Notes under the pieces: generated by a model
What the model was told of the DNA's origin: nothing
The model's database searches: none
The model's input: the letters and a program-made list of their open reading frames with translations, nothing else
Position numbers and translations under genes: made by a program
Shown here: piece by piece, positions 17,170 through 26,234 of the stretch
Layout of the letters: each line of letters starts with the position of its first letter
Position numbering within the stretch: position 1 is the first letter of the stretch
From: an uncultured Syntrophobacterales bacterium
GTDB lineage: Bacteria > Desulfobacterota > Syntrophia > Syntrophales > UBA5619
Assembly: GCA_903928915.1 (NCBI GenBank)
Contig: CAIYSL010000068.1
Location: 81,005 to 145,004, forward strand
Direction: 5' to 3'
Length of the DNA stretch: 64,000 nucleotides

Positions 17170-19896
17170 TTACCCCTTCGCCCCGGACTTGATCGCCGCC
17201 TGGGCGGCTGCGAGCCGCGCGATCGGCACGCGGAAGGGCGAGCAACTCACATAGGTCAGGCCGGTTTCATAGCAAAAATCGACCGAGGCGGGATCCCCTC
17301 CCTGCTCCCCGCAGATCCCGATCTTCAGGCCGGGGCGCGCGGCTCGGCCCTTCTCGACGGACATCCGGATGAGCATGCCCACGCCGTCGCGGTCGATCGT
17401 CTGGAAGGGGTCGGCGGCCAGCAGCTTCTGGTCGAGGTACTCGTTCATGAACCCGCCGATGTCGTCACGGCTGAACCCGAAGCACATCTGGGTCAGGTCG
17501 TTGGTGCCGAAGGAGAAGAATTCGCAGGAGGCCGCCATCCGGTCGGCCAGCAGTGCGGCACGGGGGATCTCGATCATCGTGCCGTACTTGTACTCCAGCG
17601 CGGCGATGCCGAACTTGCCGAGGGTCTCGGCGTGGACGCGATCCACGATCCTCTTCGTGACATCGATCTCGGAGACGTCGCAGGTCACCGGGACCATGAT
17701 CTCCGGGACGCAGCGTTTGCCGGCCGTGAGCAGCTCGGCGCTCGCCTCGAAGATGGCGCGTATCTGCATCTCGGTCACCTCCGGATAGGTGATGCCGAGC
17801 CGGACGCCGCGGTGGCCCATCATCGGGTTGGTCTCATGCAGGTCCTCGCCGCGCTTCTGGACGTCCGCCACCGGGATGCCCAGCGACCGGGCCAGCTCGG
17901 CCTGCTTCTCGGCGCCCTGGGGCACGAACTCGTGCAGCGGCGGGTCGAGGAGGCGGATGGTGACCGGCAGGCCGTCCATCGCCTCGAGCGTGCCCTTCAG
18001 CGACGCCTTGACGAAGGGGTACAGCTCGTTCAGGGCCGCGGTGCGCTCCTGGACGGTGTTGCTCAGGATCATCTTCCGCAGGTAGAACAGCGGCTGGTCG
18101 GAGCCCTCGCCGTAGAACATATGTTCCGTGCGGACCAGCCCGATCCCCTCGGCCCCGAAGGCCCGGGCTACCCGGGCGTCGGCAGGCGTGTCGGCGTTGG
18201 TGCGCACGCCCATCGTCCGGAAGCTGTCGGCTAGGGTCATGAACCGCTGGAGACGCGGATTCTCGGTCGCGTCCATCATCGGCAGGCGGCCCACGTAGAC
18301 ATGGCCCTTGGTGCCGTTCAGGGTGACCACGTCGCCTTCCTTCAGGACGAGATCGGAGCCGGTGATCTTCGCCGTCCTGGCCCGGGCGTCTACGTGCAGG
18401 GCGCCGGCGCCGACGATGCAGCACTTGCCCCAGCCGCGGGCCACGAGCGCCGCATGGGAGGTCATGCCGCCGCGGGCCGTGAGGATGCCCACGGCCGCGC
18501 GCATCCCCTCCACGTCTTCGGGGTTGGTCTCTTCGCGGAGCAGGATGCAGGGCCGGCCGGCGCGATGCGCAGCGACGGCGTCCTCGGCGGTGAACACGAG
18601 GCTGCCGCAGGCGGCGCCGGGGCCGGCGGGGAGCCCTTTGACTACCGGCGTCGCGTCCTTCTCGGTCTTCGGGTCGATGATCGGGTACAGGAGCTCCTCG
18701 AGCTGCTTGGGCTGGACCCGCATCACGGCGGTCTTCTCGTCGATCAGCTTCTCCGCGAGCATGTCGAGCGCCATGTTCAGGGCCGCGGTGCCCGTGCGTT
18801 TGCCGACGCGGCACTGGAGCATCCAGAGCTTCCCCTCCTGGATGGTGAACTCGATGTCGAGCATGTCGGTGAAGTGCTTCTCGAGGTTCGTGCGGATCGC
18901 GTCGAGCTCGTGGTAGGTGCCGGGCATGGCGTGCTCCATGCTCACCAGGTGCCGGTTCTGTTCGTTCTTGGTGTCGTCGTTGATCGGGCTCGGCGTGCGG
19001 ATGCCGGCCACCACGTCCTCTCCCTGGGCGTTCACGAGCCACTCGCCGTAGAACTTGTTGTCGCCGGTGGCCGGATCGCGCGTGAAGGCGACGCCGGTGG
19101 CGGAGGAGTCGCCCATGTTGCCGAACACCATGGTCTGGACGTTGACGGCGGTGCCCCAGTCGTCGGGGATCCCTTCGATGCGGCGGTAGGAGATCGCCTT
19201 CTTGCCGTTCCAGCTCTTGAACACCGCGGCGATGCCGCCCCAGAGCTGCGCCAGCGGGTCGTCGGGGAAAGGCTTGCCGAGGTGCTCGGCGACCAGGGCC
19301 TTGAACGACTCCGCCAGGACCTTGAGGTCTTCGGCGTCTAGGTCGGTGTCTGCCGCGCACCCTTTGGCACGCTTCATCTCGTCGAGCCGGTCGTCGAGGA
19401 TCTTGCGGATCCCCTTGCCCTGGGCAGGTTCGAGGCCTTCGGCCTTCTCCATCACCACGTCGGCGTACATCATGATCAGCCGGCGGTAGGAATCCCAGAC
19501 GAAGCGCGGGTTGCCGGTCTTGGCGATCATCCCCGGGATCGTGGCGGTCGACAGGCCGATATTGAGGACCGTGTCCATCATGCCGGGCATGGACGAACGG
19601 GCCCCCGAACGGCAGGAGAGCAGCAGCGGGTTGGCCGCGTCGCCATAGGTCATCCCCATGATCGTTTCGGTCTTCTTCAGGCTGGCGAGCACCTGGCCGG
19701 TCAACTCCGGCGGGAGTTTGCAGCCCGCAGCATAGTAGGCGGTGCAACATTCGGTGCTGATGGTGAAGCCGGCGGGCACGGGGATGCCCAGGGAACACAT
19801 CTCCGCCAGGTTGGCGCCCTTGCCGCCCAGCAGGTTCTTGTCGGTTGCCGCGCCCTCGGCGGAACCGCCGCCGAAGGTGTACACATACTTAGCCAT
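17170..19896 (-). CDS. ppdK: pyruvate, phosphate dikinase
   Basis: Start at MAKYVYTFGGG (ATG 19896, AAGGAG RBS). LLGGKGANLAEM, phosphohistidine region GGMTSHAALVARG, C-terminal PEP-utilising TIM barrel with FFSFGTNDLTQ. About 908 aa. Confidence 0.95.
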   Translation of the reverse strand: MAKYVYTFGGGSAEGAATDKNLLGGKGANLAEMCSLGIPVPAGFTISTECCTAYYAAGCKLPPELTGQVLASLKKTETIMGMTYGDAANPLLLSCRSGARSSMPGMMDTVLNIGLSTATIPGMIAKTGNPRFVWDSYRRLIMMYADVVMEKAEGLEPAQGKGIRKILDDRLDEMKRAKGCAADTDLDAEDLKVLAESFKALVAEHLGKPFPDDPLAQLWGGIAAVFKSWNGKKAISYRRIEGIPDDWGTAVNVQTMVFGNMGDSSATGVAFTRDPATGDNKFYGEWLVNAQGEDVVAGIRTPSPINDDTKNEQNRHLVSMEHAMPGTYHELDAIRTNLEKHFTDMLDIEFTIQEGKLWMLQCRVGKRTGTAALNMALDMLAEKLIDEKTAVMRVQPKQLEELLYPIIDPKTEKDATPVVKGLPAGPGAACGSLVFTAEDAVAAHRAGRPCILLREETNPEDVEGMRAAVGILTARGGMTSHAALVARGWGKCCIVGAGALHVDARARTAKITGSDLVLKEGDVVTLNGTKGHVYVGRLPMMDATENPRLQRFMTLADSFRTMGVRTNADTPADARVARAFGAEGIGLVRTEHMFYGEGSDQPLFYLRKMILSNTVQERTAALNELYPFVKASLKGTLEAMDGLPVTIRLLDPPLHEFVPQGAEKQAELARSLGIPVADVQKRGEDLHETNPMMGHRGVRLGITYPEVTEMQIRAIFEASAELLTAGKRCVPEIMVPVTCDVSEIDVTKRIVDRVHAETLGKFGIAALEYKYGTMIEIPRAALLADRMAASCEFFSFGTNDLTQMCFGFSRDDIGGFMNEYLDQKLLAADPFQTIDRDGVGMLIRMSVEKGRAARPGLKIGICGEQGGDPASVDFCYETGLTYVSCSPFRVPIARLAAAQAAIKSGAKG

Positions 19897-19965
19897 ACCA
19901 TGCTCCTTACTGACGTTATTGGCCGGGTCCGTCGGTTGAAAGGACCCCGCTGCTTTCACGAGAGG

Positions 19966-19994
19966 AAAATACGAAGGATGCTCCCGGCTGTCAA
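19966..19994 (-). promoter_or_regulatory. sigma-70-type promoter candidate for ppdK
   Basis: On the minus strand: TTGACA (19994-19989), 17-nt spacer, TATTTT (19971-19966). Confidence 0.45.
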
Positions 19995-20124
19995 CATATT
20001 TCTCGTCATCGGCAGGAGGGGCGCCTCGGGCGGGTACGGAACGCCCCCGGCGGCCTCCGGAGCGGGGCCTCCCCGCTGCCGCGAGCAGTGGTCTCCCGCT
20101 CCGGTGCGCATGCCGTTTCCGGGG

Positions 20125-20700
20125 TCAGAACTTGACCTGCGGGGCGGCCTTGGCGGCGGCCGGGGCCTCGAAGAACGCCGCTTTCGTAAACCCGAACATG
20201 CCCGCCAGGAGGTTCGCCGGGAAGCTGCGGATGGCCACGTTGTAGGCCTGGACCGCCTCGTTGTACCGTCTCCGCTCCACGGCGATCCGGTTTTCCGTTC
20301 CCGCCAGCTCATCCTGGAGCCGGAGGAAGTTCTGGTTCGACTTGAGGTCCGGGTACCGTTCCACCACGACGAGCAGCCGGCTGAGGGCGCCCGACAGTTC
20401 GTTGTTGGCGGTTATCTTGTCGGGGACCGTCGTCGCTCCGCCCACCCGGGCGCGGGCGTTGGTCACCTCCACGAGCACGTTCTGCTCCTGCTTCGCGTAG
20501 CCCTTGACCGTCTCTACAAGGTTCGGAATCAGGTCGTACCGGCGCTGGAGCTGATTTTCCACCTGCGCCCAGGAGGAGTTGAGGGCCTCCTGCAGGGCCA
20601 CGAACTGATTGTAGGTCCCCTTGAAGAAGGAGTAAACGGCCCCGGCCAATACCAGGATGACGACGACGGCGATGAGTAGGTTACGTTTTGCGTTGGTCAT
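20125..20700 (-). CDS. lemA: LemA-family membrane protein
   Basis: 191 aa with an N-terminal TM helix. YNQFVALQE...W.QVENQLQRRYDLIPNLV...YA.HE and FNVAIRSFPANL match the LemA family. Confidence 0.9.
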   Translation of the reverse strand: MTNAKRNLLIAVVVILVLAGAVYSFFKGTYNQFVALQEALNSSWAQVENQLQRRYDLIPNLVETVKGYAKQEQNVLVEVTNARARVGGATTVPDKITANNELSGALSRLLVVVERYPDLKSNQNFLRLQDELAGTENRIAVERRRYNEAVQAYNVAIRSFPANLLAGMFGFTKAAFFEAPAAAKAAPQVKF

Positions 20701-20769
20701 GCTGTACCTCCTGAATGGTAAAAGTGAAGCTCTCCGCAGCGAACGCGGAGAATGTGCACGCGGTCCGAT

Positions 20770-21501
20770 TCACACCTCCATCTGCTCGATCTGATCGCAG
20801 AGACGGCTGACTTCCTGCAGGTAGCGCCGGAAGACCTCCCGCACCTGGGCCGAAGAGAAACGGTCGGTCTTCCGCCTGATCTCCTCGCAGTCGAGAAACA
20901 CGGCGGCGGGAAAGCCGAAGGCCGTCCCCGCCGCAGTGATGACGGCGCGTTTGCCGGCAGGGATGGCAAGGTTCTTCAGGGTGAGCAGGGCGCCGAACAG
21001 CGAAACGAAGGCCGTGAGCGACAGGGCGATCAGTTCGCGGATCTTGCGGACGCTCCCTCCCGTTGCGAGATAGCCGCTGCGGAGGTGGAGGAGTTTCCCC
21101 CGGAGTTCCCGCTCGAGCTGCAGGCGGATATGGCAGGGATCGAACGACAGCCCGGCAAGGACGTCTTCGCCGGAGACGACGATGTACTGACGCTTCATGC
21201 TTATCAGCTCGACGGGGTAGGCGTCCTGCGATCCCGCGAGGTCCCTGCGGGTCATGAACAGGGGGACCGCCACGCTGCGTTTCCGCCACCGGGCAATCGC
21301 GTCGAGGGCGAGGTCGAGCCGCCCGATTCCTTCCTCGGTGAGCGTGATCAGAAAATTGAGGTCCGACCTGCCGGGCAGGTAGTCATCCCCGGCGCCGCTC
21401 CCGTACAGGATGATCGAGAGCAGATCCACTCCGAAAATCCGCCGGTACTCGGCGTCGAACAACCCGAATATCTCCGCCGGTCTGCTGGGTGCCTTCGCCA
21501 T
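20770..21501 (-). CDS. nucleotidyltransferase-fold protein with a helical (KNTase_C/HEPN-like) C-terminal domain
   Basis: 243 aa. YGSGAGDDYLPGRSDLNFL is a pol-beta-type NTase G-S...D-x-D-like signature. The C-terminal helical half contains RGKLLH (R-x4-H). Confidence 0.65.
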   Translation of the reverse strand: MAKAPSRPAEIFGLFDAEYRRIFGVDLLSIILYGSGAGDDYLPGRSDLNFLITLTEEGIGRLDLALDAIARWRKRSVAVPLFMTRRDLAGSQDAYPVELISMKRQYIVVSGEDVLAGLSFDPCHIRLQLERELRGKLLHLRSGYLATGGSVRKIRELIALSLTAFVSLFGALLTLKNLAIPAGKRAVITAAGTAFGFPAAVFLDCEEIRRKTDRFSSAQVREVFRRYLQEVSRLCDQIEQMEV

Positions 21502-21514
21502 TATCCTCCCCCCT

Positions 21515-22303
21515 TCAGAATTCGCGGCTCGCCCCGCCGCCGCCGCTCATCCCGCCGCCGAACCCCCCGAAGCCGCCGCCGAATCCCCCGAACCCGCCCC
21601 CGCCGCGCCGGCCGCCCGATCCCTGCATCAGCAGCAGGAGGATCCACGGCAGCAGTTCCCTGCCCCGGCGGGTGCCCAGCAGGAAGAAGGCCGCCGCGGC
21701 GAAGAGGAGCAGTTGGAAGGCGCCGATACCCCTCTCCGGTTGGTCCCTCCGTGTCTGCCGTCGCTCCGGCGGTGGGGCGCCGGTGAGGGTCACCCCCGCG
21801 GCCTTCGCCACGACGGAGGCGACCGCGGCCATGGCATCGGCAAGGCCCTGACCGTACTGCCCTTCCCGGAAACGGGGGATCGCGGAGCGGTCGAGGATCT
21901 CGCCGGCCAGACCGTCGGGAAGGATCCCTTCCACGCCGTACCCGGTTTCGATGCGCACCCGCCGTTCCTTCACGGCGAGGAAGATCAGAACCCCCTTGTC
22001 TTCGCCCTTCTTCCCGATCCCCCAGGCCCGGTACAGCCGGTTTGCGTAGTCGTTCGGGTCGTCGTCGCCGACTGTCTCCACCGTGGCGACGACGATCGCG
22101 GTTCCCGTCTTTTCCAGGACTTCCCGAGCGAGGCTCTCCATAGGGGCCGCGTACCCGGCGGAGATGACCCCGGCGAAGTCGTTGACTGCGCCCCGGGGGG
22201 CAGGGAACGGTTGAGCCGCTCCCAGCAGCGTGAACGATCCTCCTGCCGCAGCGATCAGGATGCATGACGCAAGCAGTATGTACCGGGCGGTCCGTTTCCG
22301 CAT
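21515..22303 (-). CDS. TPM-domain (YgcG-like) protein with a Gly-rich C-terminal tail
   Basis: Start at MRKRTARYILL (signal/TM). VNDFAGVIS...IVVATV....YANRLYRAWGIGKKGEDKGVLIFLAVKERRVRIETGYG matches the TPM phosphatase domain. TM helix followed by GGFGGFGGG repeats. Confidence 0.85.
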   Translation of the reverse strand: MRKRTARYILLASCILIAAAGGSFTLLGAAQPFPAPRGAVNDFAGVISAGYAAPMESLAREVLEKTGTAIVVATVETVGDDDPNDYANRLYRAWGIGKKGEDKGVLIFLAVKERRVRIETGYGVEGILPDGLAGEILDRSAIPRFREGQYGQGLADAMAAVASVVAKAAGVTLTGAPPPERRQTRRDQPERGIGAFQLLLFAAAAFFLLGTRRGRELLPWILLLLMQGSGGRRGGGGFGGFGGGFGGFGGGMSGGGGASREF

Positions 22304-22544
22304 GGCTCTGGCCGTTCTTTCCCGCGGGTAGGGAGGGGCGGGCCGCGGCGATCGCGACGCCACCCCGGCCCCCGTCGATCTGGCGAGAGCCGGACGGTAC
22401 GCGACCCCGCGAGCGCGTCCGGGTGATTCTCATCATAAGACAGATCGCCCCCAAAATGCAATTTGAAAGAGGGGCGGGGGAGGTGCGGCTCCGTCCGCCG
22501 CGGCAAAGCGGCCTCGGAACGTGACGGTAACGCCGGCCGCGCGG

Positions 22545-22572
22545 TAAAGTTTTTCCTTGAAATGCCGAATAA
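22545..22572 (+). promoter_or_regulatory. sigma-28 (FliA)-type promoter candidate
   Basis: TAAAGTTT (22545-22552), 11 nt, GCCGAATA (22564-22571), versus the enterobacterial consensus TAAAGTTT-N11-GCCGATAA. Lies 47 nt upstream of the HDOD gene ATG. Confidence 0.55.
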
Positions 22573-22618
22573 GATAGGAGATGGAAACGGCGCATCCGCG
22601 CGGAGGAGCGAACGAAGC

Positions 22619-23896
22619 ATGGGAATCGTCAAAATTGGCCAACTGCGGCCCGGGATGGTTGTCGGCCGCGACGTGAAGGACTGCAACGGACGTCTGCTCG
22701 TTGCCGCCGGCGCCGCCCTGACCGACAACCACATCCGGGTCCTCAAGATATGGGGGGTCGTGGAGGCGGAGGTGGAAGAGAATGCGCAGGCAGGAGAGAC
22801 GCCTCCCTTCCCCGCTGCCATCGACCCGGCGATCGCCGCGGCCGCCGCAGATGCGGTTCGGGCGCGCTTCCGGCACGCCGATCCGGACGATGCGGCAGTG
22901 GCGGAGCTGCTGCGCATCGCAGACCTGCGCGAGGCGCTGCGGATGACGCGGACCGGACCGGCGAAGCCGCCGTCTGCGACCCGCCGGCGCTCGGGGCGAA
23001 GACGGGGGGGGATCCGCAGTGCCCTGAGCCTGGAGCTCGGAGAGCGGCGGCTGGGGGAGATCGAAGAGATGCTCCGGAAAGACGTCAAGCTGACTACGCT
23101 GCCGGACGTGTTCACGCGGATCAACGAGGCGATCATGAGGCCCAGCAGCTCGTCGCGCGAGATAGCCGACCTGATCAGCCGCGATACCGGACTGTCGGCG
23201 CGTCTCCTGAAGGTCGTCAACAGCGCCTTCTACGGCTATCCCTCCCAGATCGATTCCCTCCCGCAGGCGGTCTCCATCGTGGGGACGAACCAGCTCAGCA
23301 TGCTCGCCCTGGGGATCGACGTCATTTCCGAGTTCAAGGGCATCCCCGGCGGATACATCAACATGGACCTGTTCTGGAGGCACAGCATCGCCTGCGGGAT
23401 CGTGGCGCGGCTGATCGCGGCGACGAAGAACATCCAGAACACGGAACGGCTCTTCGTGGCGGGGATGCTCCACGATATCGGGCGGCTCGTGGTGTACCAC
23501 TGCCTGCCGCACGACGCGCTCGACATCCTGGAGAAGGCCCGCGATTCCGAGGAGCCCCTCTGCCGGCTGGAGGCGGGGTATCTGGGGGGAGATCACGCCG
23601 AGATCGGCGGGCTGCTCCTGCAGGTCTGGAGCCTTCCCCTCTCCCTGGAGAATGCGGTTCGCTATCACCACCAGCCCGCCGAATCGCCCAACGGGCTGGA
23701 ACCGGCGATCGTCCATGTGGCCGATGTGACCGCCAAGGCCCTCGGGATCGGGTCGAGCGGCGATCAGTACGTTCCCACGCTCGACCCGGCCGCCTGGAGG
23801 CTGATCGGCCTGTCGAGCAATGCACTCGAACCGATCACGGCGCAGGCGGAGCGTCAGCTCGAGGAGACGTTCCATCTCTTTTTCGATGAAGCGTAA
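22619..23896 (+). CDS. DUF3391-like N-terminal domain plus HDOD-domain signalling protein
   Basis: Start at MGIVKIGQLRPGMVVGRDV (GGAGGAG RBS). HDOD core LPDVFTRINEAIMRPSSSSREIADLISRDTGLSARLLKVVNSAFYG...VSIVG and later MLHDIGRLV...HAEIGG. Confidence 0.8.
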   Translation: MGIVKIGQLRPGMVVGRDVKDCNGRLLVAAGAALTDNHIRVLKIWGVVEAEVEENAQAGETPPFPAAIDPAIAAAAADAVRARFRHADPDDAAVAELLRIADLREALRMTRTGPAKPPSATRRRSGRRRGGIRSALSLELGERRLGEIEEMLRKDVKLTTLPDVFTRINEAIMRPSSSSREIADLISRDTGLSARLLKVVNSAFYGYPSQIDSLPQAVSIVGTNQLSMLALGIDVISEFKGIPGGYINMDLFWRHSIACGIVARLIAATKNIQNTERLFVAGMLHDIGRLVVYHCLPHDALDILEKARDSEEPLCRLEAGYLGGDHAEIGGLLLQVWSLPLSLENAVRYHHQPAESPNGLEPAIVHVADVTAKALGIGSSGDQYVPTLDPAAWRLIGLSSNALEPITAQAERQLEETFHLFFDEA

Positions 23897-26018
23897 GGCG
23901 GCTGAGGACGGAGACCGAATCCGGCATCTGGAGCGGCGGCTCCGGCAGACGGAGGAGATCAACCGCTTCATGCCCGACGCGCTGGAGATGGCGGCCTCGC
24001 TCGGTGATTTTCAGCCCAGCATCAACAAGCTGCGCAGCACCGAAGTCATCCTGGATGAGACTGCGGTCCGCATCCTTTCGCTCATCCCCTTTGTCGGGGT
24101 CTCCTTCCTCCTCGTCGATGAGACGACGCACGACTTCCGCCCCGCCTTTTCCCGCCCCGACGAGTACAGTGCCGGCCTGCAGCGGGAGGTCGATTCGCTG
24201 ATCGAGAAGGGGATCTTTTCCTGGATCCTGCGGGAGCGGCGGCCGGTCATGCTCGCCGCGGAGCACTCCGCGTGCAAGCTGATCCTGCATGTCATGGCAA
24301 CCAGTTCGCGGATCCGGGGGATGTTCATCGGCTGCCTGAACGAGGAGGTCGACTCCGTCTCCGACATCTTCCGCTCGCTGCTCTCCATCATCCTGCTGAA
24401 CAGCTCCAACGCCCTGGAGAGCTTCGAACTGTACAAGACGATCCGGGAGATCACCGAATCGCTCGAACGACGGGAGAACTATCGGATTCTGTTCGAGGCG
24501 GCGCCCGATGGAGTCGAGGTCCTGGATGCCCGGGGAACGATCATCGACTGCAACAGGACCCAGGAGGTCATGCTGGGGTACCGGCGGGAGGAGATGGTCG
24601 GCAGCCCCGCGGGGCAATTCCTGGCGGTGCAGAGCGACGGACGGTTTGCCGATATGGCGTCGCTCCCGCCGGATACCGATTACGTGGAGGGCGAGGTGGG
24701 AATGGCCCGCCGCGACGGGGGGGTCATCCCCGTCTGGAGGAAGGGGAAGGCCATCTGCAACGACGCGGGAGGGCTGGTCGGATGGGTGATCTACAACCGC
24801 GACCTCTCCCTGGCCAAGAAGGCCGAGGAAGAGAAACGGGAACTCGAGACTCACCTCCAGCGGGCCAAGAACATGGAGGTGATCGGAACCCTCGCCGGCG
24901 GCGTCGCTCATGATCTGAACAACATCCTCGGCGGATTGATCAGCTATCCGGAACTTCTGTACATGCGGCTTCCCGAAGGCAGCCCGCTCAGGAGGTACGT
25001 CCGGACTATCCAGAAGTCGGGCGAAAAGGCGGCGGCGATCGTCCAGGATCTCCTCACGCTGGCGAGGCGGGGCGTTGCCGAGGGAGAGGTCGTGAACCTG
25101 AACCAGATCGTGATTGATTACCTGGCGACGCCCGAGCATGAGAAGCTGTCGGCTGCGCATCCCCGCGTAACCTTCGAATGCGACCTCGAGGACAACCTGC
25201 TGAACGTCATGGGCTCACCCGTTCACCTCTCCAAGACCGTGATGAACCTCGTGTTGAATGCGACCGAGGCCATGCCCGAGGGCGGATCGGTTACGATCAC
25301 GACGCGCAACCGGTACATCGACATGCCCGTGCGGAGGTACGAGGAGCTCAGGGAGGGCGACTATGTAACCCTCGCCGTTTCCGACACCGGCCTGGGCATC
25401 TCGAGCGAAGACCGGGAGCGGATATTCGAGCCGTTCTACACGAAGAAGATCATGGGAAGGAGCGGGACCGGCCTCGGGCTGGCCGTCGTGTGGGGTACGG
25501 TCAAGGACCATAAGGGGTTTATCGATCTGCGGAGCACGGTGGGCAAGGGAAGCACCTTCGTCCTCCACTTCCCCGTGTGTCGCCGAGAGTTGATCCCGAG
25601 CGAAACCGCCCCCGACATGGCGGAATGGATGGGAGCGGGAGAGCGGATCCTGGTCGTGGACGATATCCCGGAGCAGCGCGACATCGCGGCCCTGATCCTG
25701 CGAAACCTGGGGTATGAGGTGGCGACCGTCGTCAGCGGCGAGGAGGCCGTCACCTACCTGCGGCAGCAGGCGGTGGATCTGCTGCTGCTCGACATGATCA
25801 TGGAGCCCGGGCCGGACGGATTGGAAACGTACCGGAGGATCCTGCGGATCAGGCCCGATCAGAAGGCGCTCATCGTGAGCGGCTATTCGGAGACGGAGCG
25901 GGTGCGGGAGGCACAGCGGCTGGGCGCCGGTGCGTATGTGAGGAAACCCTACCTGATCCGGACCATCGGTATGGCGGTCCGCAAGGAATTGATGCGGACC
26001 GCCCGCCCCCGCCCCTGA
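23886..26018 (+). CDS. soluble hybrid sensor histidine kinase (GAF-like, PAS, HisKA, HATPase_c, receiver)
   Basis: Start at MKRKAAEDG, overlapping the HDOD stop by 11 nt. No TM segment. H-box GGVAHDLNNIL, DTGLGI / GTGLGLAVV, C-terminal REC (ILVVDD...LLLDMIMEP...RKPY). Confidence 0.9.
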   Translation: MKRKAAEDGDRIRHLERRLRQTEEINRFMPDALEMAASLGDFQPSINKLRSTEVILDETAVRILSLIPFVGVSFLLVDETTHDFRPAFSRPDEYSAGLQREVDSLIEKGIFSWILRERRPVMLAAEHSACKLILHVMATSSRIRGMFIGCLNEEVDSVSDIFRSLLSIILLNSSNALESFELYKTIREITESLERRENYRILFEAAPDGVEVLDARGTIIDCNRTQEVMLGYRREEMVGSPAGQFLAVQSDGRFADMASLPPDTDYVEGEVGMARRDGGVIPVWRKGKAICNDAGGLVGWVIYNRDLSLAKKAEEEKRELETHLQRAKNMEVIGTLAGGVAHDLNNILGGLISYPELLYMRLPEGSPLRRYVRTIQKSGEKAAAIVQDLLTLARRGVAEGEVVNLNQIVIDYLATPEHEKLSAAHPRVTFECDLEDNLLNVMGSPVHLSKTVMNLVLNATEAMPEGGSVTITTRNRYIDMPVRRYEELREGDYVTLAVSDTGLGISSEDRERIFEPFYTKKIMGRSGTGLGLAVVWGTVKDHKGFIDLRSTVGKGSTFVLHFPVCRRELIPSETAPDMAEWMGAGERILVVDDIPEQRDIAALILRNLGYEVATVVSGEEAVTYLRQQAVDLLLLDMIMEPGPDGLETYRRILRIRPDQKALIVSGYSETERVREAQRLGAGAYVRKPYLIRTIGMAVRKELMRTARPRP

Positions 26019-26065
26019 GCGGGAGCCGCCCCGTCCGCGACTCCGCAGCAGCCTCTGTCCGCCCC

Positions 26066-26089
26066 CCCGTATCGCCTCCCGTATCGCCT
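26066..26089 (+). repeat. perfect tandem direct repeat, 2 x 12 bp (CCCGTATCGCCT)
   Basis: Units at 26066-26077 and 26078-26089 are identical. The second unit abuts or overlaps the -35 hexamer of the ABC operon promoter. Confidence 0.9.
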
Positions 26090-26117
26090 TGACAGACAGG
26101 GAGAATTTGAGTATCGT
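26089..26117 (+). promoter_or_regulatory. sigma-70-type promoter candidate for the amino-acid ABC operon
   Basis: TTGACA (26089-26094), 17-nt spacer, TATCGT (26112-26117). Followed by a GC-rich leader of about 110 nt before the ATG at 26235. Confidence 0.4.
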
Positions 26118-26234
26118 TTCTCCCGCAAACGATCGCCGGTGCGAGCCCCGGGATGAGCGGGGAGGGAGTCCCGGGGCACGTCCGGGGCCGCGCGGTCCGG
26201 GCGTAACTCACGAGGAGAAAGGAGATCGAGTGGT

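Noticed and set aside
16921-19798. 437-aa plus-strand and 654-aa minus-strand ORFs overlapping ppdK
   Set aside because: They are alternative frames of the ppdK region. The 654-aa product is Arg/Pro/Gly-rich nonsense, while the ppdK frame carries all PPDK motifs.
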